A DNA stretch of 64,000 bases from Lentihominibacter sp. GTDB taxonomy: Bacteria > Bacillota > Clostridia > Peptostreptococcales > Anaerovoracaceae. Below, piece by piece: positions 56,955-64,000 of this stretch (position 1 is its first letter; the number at the start of each line of letters is the position of its first letter). A program made the position numbers and the translations under genes. Location: contig JBMNMR010000001.1 in assembly GCA_050953465.1 (NCBI GenBank), positions 221,976-285,975 of the forward strand. Reading direction: 5' to 3'. The notes below the pieces were generated by a model. It was given only the letters and a program-made list of their open reading frames with translations. It made no database searches and had not been told where the DNA came from.

Positions 56955-56995
56955 CAAGATACTTTCAAGATACATCAAGATACTTTTGATACTTT
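56955..56995. repeat. Four direct repeats of about 10-11 bp (CAAGATAC-type)
   Basis: CAAGATACTT t CAAGATACAT CAAGATACTT TTGATACTTT, between divergent promoters. Confidence 0.75.
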
Positions 56996-57105
56996 ATCTT
57001 AACAAAGTTTATTGATAACTTTGCTTTCTTGTTGATATAATATATTTGTAAACTTTTATTTTTCCAAAGGGATAACGATTTACAGACATATGGAGATTTG
57101 AGAAC

Positions 57106-58389
57106 TTGAGAAGCAAAAAATGGGGTAAAGAAAAAGAATTTATTACCGAAACACTTTCACAGGTTGAGGCTGAGAATATAATAGAGGATTCCGATGATTA
57201 TGCCAATGGCAAATCTCCATTCTCCCGAAAAACGCAGTTTGCCGAGGGTCTGGAAGATATGGTAGCCCTTCAGAAGAAAATCGGTACAAGCCACCGAAGT
57301 CTCCGGGATACTCTTGGAAACAGCGGCAATGCCGAAGATTTTGAACCTCGTCCCCTGACACCGGAGGATGTCGAATACCATGATATTATGGAACAGTTCA
57401 CATCCACACCGACCAAGCCCAAATACTGGTATGAGGAGTCCGGTGACTATTGGTCATGCAGTTGCGGAACCATGAACAGCGGTGAAAAATGTAACAATTG
57501 CGGATTGGAACGGGAGATTCTGCGCTCTCTTTTCTTCCTTCACCGTCCCGGTGACGAACCCGGAAGCTATGAAGGCATGCCCGTTAAATACGAGGAAGTG
57601 TATATTCCCAAGGGCAGACTGACGTCCAGACAAAAGATGATTATATCTATTGTCACTCTTGTGGTCATTATGATTGCCGTAGGCATTTTTTCCTACTTCT
57701 TTTTGATTCAACCGGCCATGGAACGTGAAAAGCAAAACACTTTGGATAATGTCTCCGGGCAGGTTCAATCCTTCCTCGCCCAGTTTAAAACAGATAAAGA
57801 TAATTTTCTTTTTAACAGTTATGTTGCCGGCGGAGACACCAGCCTTAAAAATAAAAGTTATGACAATGCCATAATGTTCTACACGATGGCAAAAGAACTC
57901 AACGATACTGATGCAATTAAAGGGAAAATAGCCGATGCCAAATTCGCCTATATATCAGCTAATCTGCAGAAAGGCGGAAATAAATTTGAAGCCTACCTTG
58001 CCGAACTCAAGGAAGCTGCATACCCGGGGATAAACGAAATCTACTATTCTTATTACAAATGGAATTTTAATATAGTCTGCAACCTTTCTCCGGATAACTA
58101 CAGTGATGATATAAGTGCAGCCAGCAGATCCGATACTGTGTATTTCCATGTTACGGCAGGAGGCGGTCCACCCAATGAAACAATAGACGTTTACTACGAG
58201 GCTCTCTGGCCTAATGGCGGCAAGGAAATAAATATGCTTGGAACCGACTGGAAGGCCGGATCCCGGGAATCTGCCCGGTTCTCCTACTCCGTTCCCATTA
58301 TGGGAAAAGAAGGTAAGCTGGTATTCAAAATCTACAATATGGCCACTAAAGAGCTGCTTGGTACAGACAGCGTGAAATTCAAAAAATAA
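57106..58389 (+). CDS. Single-pass membrane protein: acidic N-terminus, Cys4 zinc ribbon, TM helix, helical TPR-like segment and beta-rich C-terminal domain
   Basis: TTG start with SD GGAG; promoter TTGATA(57012)-18-TATAAT(57036); WSCSCGTMNSGEKCNNCG; TM IISIVTLVVIMIAVGIFSYFFLI. Confidence 0.75.
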   Translation: MRSKKWGKEKEFITETLSQVEAENIIEDSDDYANGKSPFSRKTQFAEGLEDMVALQKKIGTSHRSLRDTLGNSGNAEDFEPRPLTPEDVEYHDIMEQFTSTPTKPKYWYEESGDYWSCSCGTMNSGEKCNNCGLEREILRSLFFLHRPGDEPGSYEGMPVKYEEVYIPKGRLTSRQKMIISIVTLVVIMIAVGIFSYFFLIQPAMEREKQNTLDNVSGQVQSFLAQFKTDKDNFLFNSYVAGGDTSLKNKSYDNAIMFYTMAKELNDTDAIKGKIADAKFAYISANLQKGGNKFEAYLAELKEAAYPGINEIYYSYYKWNFNIVCNLSPDNYSDDISAASRSDTVYFHVTAGGGPPNETIDVYYEALWPNGGKEINMLGTDWKAGSRESARFSYSVPIMGKEGKLVFKIYNMATKELLGTDSVKFKK

Positions 58390-58397
58390 TCACCAAA

Positions 58398-58429
58398 AAA
58401 GGCCCTGATCGTTAAACGGTCGGGCCTTT
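58398..58429. terminator. Bidirectional terminator between the zinc-ribbon gene and tuf
   Basis: AAAGGCCCTGATCGT...ACGGTCGGGCCTTT stem-loop. Confidence 0.85.
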
Positions 58430-58446
58430 CTGCTTGTTTGTCTGGC

Positions 58447-59640
58447 TTATTCAAGTATTTCACTTACAACACCGGAACCTACTGTTCTGCCACCTTCTCT
58501 GATCGCGAATCTCAGTCCTGCTTCGATAGCAATCGGTGTGATAAGCTCAATTGTCATCGTGATATTGTCTCCCGGCATGCACATTTCCGTTCCTTCAGGA
58601 AGGGTTAAATCACCTGTTACGTCTGTCGTTCTGAAATAGAACTGCGGTCTGTATCCGTTGAAGAACGGCGTATGTCTGCCTCCTTCTTCCTTCTTCAGTA
58701 CGTACACCTCGCCCTTGAACTTCGTGTGAGGCTTTATTGTGCCCGGATGCGCCAGAACCTGTCCTCTTTCGATGTCGGTTCTCTGTACGCCTCTGAGCAG
58801 TGCTCCGATGTTGTCCCCTGTCTGTGCCTGGTCCAGAAGCTTTCTGAACATTTCAACGCCGGTTACAACCACCTTTCTCTTCTCCTCGGTCAGTCCTACG
58901 ATTTCTACTTCTTCGCCTACCTTGAGAGTTCCTCTTTCAACTCTTCCTGTTGCTACCGTTCCTCTTCCTGTAATGGAGAATACGTCCTCTACAGGCATCA
59001 GGAATGGCTTTTCTGTATCTCTGACAGGTTCAGGAATGTATTCGTCTACTGCTTCCATCAGCTCAACAATCTTGTCTGCCCATTCGCCATCCGGATTTTC
59101 CAGTGCCATGAGTGCCGATCCTCTGATAACCGGAGTATCGTCTCCCGGGAAGTCATACTCATCGAGAAGTTCTCTCACTTCCATCTCCACCAGATCCAGG
59201 AGTTCTTCGTCATCTACCATGTCGCACTTGTTAAGGAATACGATGATGTAAGGTACACCTACCTGTCTTGAAAGCAGGATGTGTTCTCTTGTCTGCGGCA
59301 TAGGACCGTCTGTTGCCGCACATACCAGAATAGCTCCGTCCATCTGTGCCGCTCCTGTTATCATGTTCTTAACATAGTCGGCGTGTCCCGGACAGTCAAC
59401 GTGAGCATAATGCCTGTTTGGTGTTTCGTATTCAACGTGGGAAGTTGAAATGGTGATTCCTCTTTCCTTTTCTTCAGGAGCCTTGTCGATTTTATCGAAG
59501 GCTACTCCTTCGCCCAGGCCGTATTTTTTCTGAAGAGTGATAGTAATTGCTGCTGTAAGAGTTGTCTTACCATGGTCTACGTGACCGATTGTGCCAATGT
59601 TAATGTGTGGCTTATTTCTTTCAAATTTTGATTTTGCCAT
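58447..59640 (-). CDS. tuf: Elongation factor Tu
   Basis: [30 protein letters not shown]. Confidence 0.99.
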   Translation of the reverse strand: MAKSKFERNKPHINIGTIGHVDHGKTTLTAAITITLQKKYGLGEGVAFDKIDKAPEEKERGITISTSHVEYETPNRHYAHVDCPGHADYVKNMITGAAQMDGAILVCAATDGPMPQTREHILLSRQVGVPYIIVFLNKCDMVDDEELLDLVEMEVRELLDEYDFPGDDTPVIRGSALMALENPDGEWADKIVELMEAVDEYIPEPVRDTEKPFLMPVEDVFSITGRGTVATGRVERGTLKVGEEVEIVGLTEEKRKVVVTGVEMFRKLLDQAQTGDNIGALLRGVQRTDIERGQVLAHPGTIKPHTKFKGEVYVLKKEEGGRHTPFFNGYRPQFYFRTTDVTGDLTLPEGTEMCMPGDNITMTIELITPIAIEAGLRFAIREGGRTVGSGVVSEILE

Positions 59641-59656
59641 TGTTGTTCTCCTTAAA

Positions 59657-61723
59657 TTATTTGTTTATCTTATCAATTAAATTATCCGGTAACTTCTCAA
59701 AGTGGTCAAACTGCATAACATATACGCCTCTGCCCTGCGTCTTTGAACGCAGGTCTGTAGCATATCCGAACATTTCGGAAAGAGGAACATATCCTCTTAT
59801 TACCACCGCACCACTGCTCATATCAGAGCCTTCAATTCTGCCTCTTCTGGCATTGATGTCGCCGATTACATCTCCCATGTATTCATCGGGAACGGTAACC
59901 TCAACCTTGAAGATTGGTTCCAGCAATACAGGATCAGCCTTTCTGGCAGCTTCTCTGAATGCCATAGAAGCTGCGATTTTAAATGCCATTTCAGATGAGT
60001 CCACTTCATGATATGAACCATCATACAGCTCGACTCCCGCATCCATGACCTGATATCCCGCAATAGGTCCGGTCTCCATCGCTTCTATGATACCTTCCTC
60101 AATCTTGGAGATGTACTCCTTAGGAATGGCACCGCCTATAATTGAGTTTTTAAACTCGAATCCTTCACCCGGATCTCTCGGATAAAGTCTGATTTTAACG
60201 TGTCCGTACTGACCTTTACCACCTGTCTGCTTAGCATATTTGTAATCAACATCTGCAGTTCCGGTAATAGTTTCCTTGTATGACACCTGTGGTTTACCTA
60301 CATTCGCTTCAACCTTAAATTCACGAAGCAGTCTGTCCACGATAATCTCCAAGTGAAGCTCGCCCATGCCGGCGATAATTGTCTGTCCGGTTTCTTCATT
60401 TGTGTAAGTCTTGAATGTAGGGTCTTCCTCTGCCAGCTTGGCAAGAGCCATACCCATCTTTTCCTGTCCGGCCTTTGTTTTAGGCTCAATGGCAATTTCA
60501 ATTACCGGATCAGGGAAGTCCATTGACTCCAATATGATAGCTCTCTTTTCATCACAGAGAGTATCTCCCGTAGTAGTATTTTTAAGTCCTACTGCTGCTG
60601 CAATATCTCCGGAGAATACGGTTTCAATATCCTCGCGTTTGTTGGCATGCATCTGAAGAATTCTTCCGATTCTTTCTTTCTTTTCCTTGACAGAGTTATA
60701 TACATAAGAACCCGAATCAAGTTTACCGGAATACACTCTGAAGAATGCCAGCTTGCCTACAAACGGATCAGCCATAATCTTGAATGCCAGAGCTGAAAAT
60801 GGGCCATTATCATCTGCATGTCGTTCTTCTTCCTGTCCCGTTTTCGCTGATATCCCCGTGATAGGCGGGATATCCTTCGGAGAAGGCATGAATGCAACGA
60901 CTGCATCAAGCATCAACTGTACACCTTTGTTTTTGTATGCGCTTCCACATGTAACGGGAATCATCTGTCCGGCAATTGTAGCCGTTCTTATTGCTTTTCT
61001 GATTTCGTCGTTGGTGATTTCCTCTCCATCAAGGAACTTCATCATCAGGTCTTCATCAAGCTCAGATACCGCTTCAACCAGTTTCTCTCTCCACGCTTCT
61101 GCTTCAGAACGGATTTCATCCGGGATATCTGTACCTTCGTACTCTCTCCCCAGATCATCCTTGTATATATCGGCCTCCATCTCAATGAGGTCAACTATTC
61201 CCACAAAAGTGTCTTCTTTTCCGACCGGAATCTGAATAGGCACGGCATTTGCTTTCAATCTGTCCTTAACCATTTCGACAACTCTGTAGAAGTCTGCACC
61301 TGTGATATCCATCTTATTGATAAAAATCATTCTTGGTACACCGTACTTCTCAGCCTGTCTCCATACAGTTTCCGACTGAGGTTCAACTCCGCCCTTGGCG
61401 CAAAGAACCGTTACCGCTCCGTCAAGAACACGCAGTGATCTCTCTACCTCCACGGTAAAATCCACGTGCCCCGGTGTGTCGATGATGTTGATTCTGGTGT
61501 CTTTCCATTGGGCTGTAGTAGCAGCAGAGGTTATTGTAATACCACGTTCCTGTTCCTGTTCCATCCAGTCCATAACCGCTCCGCCTTCATGAGTTTCCCC
61601 AAGCTTGTGCGTTCTGCCTGTGTAGAACAGAACTCTCTCCGTTGTAGTAGTCTTACCGGCATCTATGTGAGCCATGATTCCGATATTCCTAGTCTTTTCC
61701 AGAGAAAATTTCCTGTTGGACAT
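59657..61723 (-). CDS. fusA: Elongation factor G
   Basis: [26 protein letters not shown]; str operon position. Confidence 0.99.
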   Translation of the reverse strand: MSNRKFSLEKTRNIGIMAHIDAGKTTTTERVLFYTGRTHKLGETHEGGAVMDWMEQEQERGITITSAATTAQWKDTRINIIDTPGHVDFTVEVERSLRVLDGAVTVLCAKGGVEPQSETVWRQAEKYGVPRMIFINKMDITGADFYRVVEMVKDRLKANAVPIQIPVGKEDTFVGIVDLIEMEADIYKDDLGREYEGTDIPDEIRSEAEAWREKLVEAVSELDEDLMMKFLDGEEITNDEIRKAIRTATIAGQMIPVTCGSAYKNKGVQLMLDAVVAFMPSPKDIPPITGISAKTGQEEERHADDNGPFSALAFKIMADPFVGKLAFFRVYSGKLDSGSYVYNSVKEKKERIGRILQMHANKREDIETVFSGDIAAAVGLKNTTTGDTLCDEKRAIILESMDFPDPVIEIAIEPKTKAGQEKMGMALAKLAEEDPTFKTYTNEETGQTIIAGMGELHLEIIVDRLLREFKVEANVGKPQVSYKETITGTADVDYKYAKQTGGKGQYGHVKIRLYPRDPGEGFEFKNSIIGGAIPKEYISKIEEGIIEAMETGPIAGYQVMDAGVELYDGSYHEVDSSEMAFKIAASMAFREAARKADPVLLEPIFKVEVTVPDEYMGDVIGDINARRGRIEGSDMSSGAVVIRGYVPLSEMFGYATDLRSKTQGRGVYVMQFDHFEKLPDNLIDKINK

Positions 61724-61765
61724 GTGGTTCTCCTTTCTGCTTCTTTCGCTTTTTGCGGCCCGCCA

Positions 61766-62236
61766 CTAGAATCTGTAGTGTGCGAAAGCCTTGTTGGCTT
61801 CTGCCATCTTGTGTGTATCTTCTTTCTTCTTTACCGATGCTCCTGCATTTTCAGCAGCATCAAGAATTTCTTTTGCCAGTCTTTCAGACATGGTCTTTTC
61901 GCCCCTTGCTCTCGTATACTTGGTGAGCCATCTGAGGCCTAAGGTCTGGCGTCTTTCAGGTCTGACTTCCATTGGAACCTGATAGTTGGCACCACCAACT
62001 CGTCTGGCCTTAACTTCAAGAACCGGCATAATGTTGTTCATAGCTTTTTCAAATACTTCCAGTGCATTTTCGCCGCTTATTTCCTGCACTCTGTCAAATG
62101 CGTCATAGACGATTTTCTGGGCTGTCCCTTTCTTGCCGTCTAACATGATGCTGTTGATCAGCTTGGCAACAACTACGCTGCCGTATACAGGATCCGGAAG
62201 TACTTCACGCTTAGGTATATTTCCTTTTCTTGACAC
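61766..62236 (-). CDS. rpsG: 30S ribosomal protein S7
   Basis: GTG start; [26 protein letters not shown]. Confidence 0.99.
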   Translation of the reverse strand: MSRKGNIPKREVLPDPVYGSVVVAKLINSIMLDGKKGTAQKIVYDAFDRVQEISGENALEVFEKAMNNIMPVLEVKARRVGGANYQVPMEVRPERRQTLGLRWLTKYTRARGEKTMSERLAKEILDAAENAGASVKKKEDTHKMAEANKAFAHYRF

Positions 62237-62408
62237 TTCACTTTCCTCCTTAATAAATAATTCGGTACTCGTCGACAGATTTTGAAATTTCTTCGGGCAA
62301 CACTTACATGGGTTACCCTACATCCAGAATATGCCTCCGTGAGCGCTACTTTTATATTACAGATAAAAGTTTACGCTACATTAGTACAATAACTTCTTCT
62401 TTCCGAGC

Positions 62409-62825
62409 TTATTTAACCTTAGGTCTCTTAGCACCGTACTTGGATCTGGCCTGCTTTCTGTCCGCAACACCTGCCGTGTCAAGAGTTCCTCTGACGATGT
62501 GATATCTGACACCCGGAAGATCCTTTACTCTTCCGCCTCTGATCAGTACAACGCTGTGTTCCTGAAGGTTATGTCCGATTCCAGGGATGTATGCTGTCAC
62601 TTCAATCCCGTTTGTTAGACGAACTCTGGCAACTTTTCTAAGCGCTGAGTTAGGCTTCTTAGGGGTAACTGTCTTTACTGATGTACAAACGCCCCTCTTC
62701 TGAGGTGAGTTTACATCAGTAGCAACTCTTCTTATTGAGTTCATTCCCTTGTTCAGTGCCGGTGAATTTGACTTTTTCTCGCTGCTCGTTCTTCCCTGAT
62801 GTACTAACTGGTTAATTGTAGGCAT
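62409..62825 (-). CDS. rpsL: 30S ribosomal protein S12
   Basis: [29 protein letters not shown]. Confidence 0.99.
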   Translation of the reverse strand: MPTINQLVHQGRTSSEKKSNSPALNKGMNSIRRVATDVNSPQKRGVCTSVKTVTPKKPNSALRKVARVRLTNGIEVTAYIPGIGHNLQEHSVVLIRGGRVKDLPGVRYHIVRGTLDTAGVADRKQARSKYGAKRPKVK

Positions 62826-62894
62826 CCTTTATCTCCTTTCTTCAAAATTTTTTACGGCCTGAAACCACGCGTGACGGGTTTACAGCCATCGATT

Positions 62895-62924
62895 ATAATA
62901 CCACGCTAAGCTTTGGAATGTCAA
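62895..62924 (-). promoter_or_regulatory. Putative str operon promoter
   Basis: TTGACA-18 bp-TATTAT with extended TG. Confidence 0.65.
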
Positions 62925-62945
62925 TATTTTATCGCAAAAACTAAA

Positions 62946-62970
62946 AGCGAAGGCTTCCATAACCTTCGCT
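62946..62970 (-). terminator. Intrinsic terminator after rpoC
   Basis: AGCGAAGG-9 nt-CCTTCGCT followed by TTTAGTTTTTT on the minus strand. Confidence 0.8.
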
Positions 62971-62986
62971 CTTTTTATCAGTGGAT

Positions 62987-64000
62987 TTACTCTTCAGTCC
63001 CTACCTCATTTACAAAAGAATCTTCAACAGCATAGGCCTCAACGGATTCCATATTGTCTGTTGTTGCCATTTCAGGCACAACCCCCTCCATTTCGTCGTT
63101 GGTCTCCGATTCTTCTTCAAGCTCCATTTCCAGTCGCATCTCTCTGTACGCTTCGATCAGTGCGGTATTTACGCCGTAATCCAGCTGTATGTTCCTGTAC
63201 TTTCTCATACCTGTTCCGGCAGGAATCAGCTTACCGATGATAACATTTTCCTTCAGGCCTTCCAGAGTATCTGTCTTGCCCTTGATAGCGGCATCAGTGA
63301 GAACTCTTGTTGTTTCCTGGAAGGATGCTGCCGAAAGGAATGAACTGGTTGCCAGAGAAGCTTTGGTAATACCCAGAAGCAGCCTTTCCGCTTCTGCAGG
63401 CTCTTTGCCTTGTGCCTCTGCCGCCAGGTTGGCCTCTTCAACCTCAAACTTGCCATACTGGCCTCCCGGCAGAAGTTCCGTATCTCCCGGATTGTTAACC
63501 TTCATCTTCGAAAGCATCTGGCCGACAATAACCTCGATATGCTTATCATTTATGTCTACACCCTGGTTTTTGTACACTCGCTGAACTTCCTTGAGGAGAT
63601 ATTGATATACACCTTCAACACCCTTCAGTCTCAAAAGATCCTTAGGATCCAAAGGCCCTGATGTAATGTTGTCACCTGCTTCAACATAATCGCCTACAGA
63701 GACACAAATCCTGGCTCCGTAAGGAATATCGTAAATTATTTCCTCCTCACCGCGAACGATGATTTCGGTTTTATTGTTTGCGGTAGGCTCTATAGATACA
63801 ACAGTACCATCCATTTCGCATACCTGTGCAAGTCCCTTAGGCTTTCTCGCTTCAAACAGCTCCTCAACCCTTGGAAGACCCTGCGTTATATCCGCACCGG
63901 CAACACCGCCTGTGTGGAATGTTCTCATTGTCAGCTGCGTACCCGGCTCACCGATTGACTGTGCCGCCTGTATACCGACAGATTCTCCGATATTAACCGA
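62987..64000 (-). CDS. rpoC: RNA polymerase beta' subunit, C-terminal part (gene begins beyond the right edge)
   Basis: [60 protein letters not shown]. Confidence 0.99.
   Translation of the reverse strand, partial: SVNIGESVGIQAAQSIGEPGTQLTMRTFHTGGVAGADITQGLPRVEELFEARKPKGLAQVCEMDGTVVSIEPTANNKTEIIVRGEEEIIYDIPYGARICVSVGDYVEAGDNITSGPLDPKDLLRLKGVEGVYQYLLKEVQRVYKNQGVDINDKHIEVIVGQMLSKMKVNNPGDTELLPGGQYGKFEVEEANLAAEAQGKEPAEAERLLLGITKASLATSSFLSAASFQETTRVLTDAAIKGKTDTLEGLKENVIIGKLIPAGTGMRKYRNIQLDYGVNTALIEAYREMRLEMELEEESETNDEMEGVVPEMATTDNMESVEAYAVEDSFVNEVGTEE

Noticed and set aside
56955-56995. CRISPR-like repeat
   Set aside because: Units are about 10 bp with no spacers, and there are no cas genes.
56986-57005. 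Rex operator near the PFOR2 promoter
   Set aside because: Only one TTAACAA half-site, with wrong spacing to TTGATA. I saw no convincing Rex box at the other redox promoters.
62409-62825. Streptomycin-resistance allele of rpsL
   Set aside because: PKKPNS and RVKDLPG motifs are wild type.
62826-62986. Missing L7Ae-like (ybxF) gene between rpoC and rpsL
   Set aside because: The 161-bp gap holds only a terminator and a promoter. Presence of this gene varies among Firmicutes, so it was not treated as novel.
101-63661. Numerous long antisense or alternate-frame ORFs in the track (e.g. 2858-3718, 4484-5284, 34411-35643, 54649-55347)
   Set aside because: They shadow well-conserved genes, lack SD and promoter support, and show no recognisable motifs.

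Overview
Core-chromosome window (~45% GC) from an anaerobic Clostridia-class Firmicute; an Anaerovoracaceae-like lineage is my inference only and was not verified. I found no mobile element, CRISPR array, tRNA or rRNA. The window is rich in ferredoxin-linked redox genes. (1) A NuoE-like / NuoF-like / GltD-NuoG-pterin-less fusion operon with the architecture of the Sporomusa-type transhydrogenase StnABC (Bfu family); its largest gene runs off the left edge and is absent from the ORF track. (2) A tightly packed 4-gene operon: soluble, internally duplicated RnfB-like polyferredoxin, then a divergent PFOR, then NfnA and NfnB. (3) A second, canonical PFOR. (4) All six [NiFe]-hydrogenase maturation genes split into hypCDE and hypABF, with no hydrogenase gene in the window. 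A TGTATACA-type motif recurs at the promoters of all three redox operons. Housekeeping blocks are comEC-lysE-holA, phoH-ybeY-era-recO-DUF4342-glyQS-ppdK, ylmH-metF-dinB, deoC, a GntR(YtrA)-ABC module, an NSS transporter with a MetS-type small subunit, and rpoC-rpsL-rpsG-fusA-tuf. Two short ORFs missed by the track were found by hand, and three genes appear to be leaderless. All family assignments come from motif recognition, not database searches.
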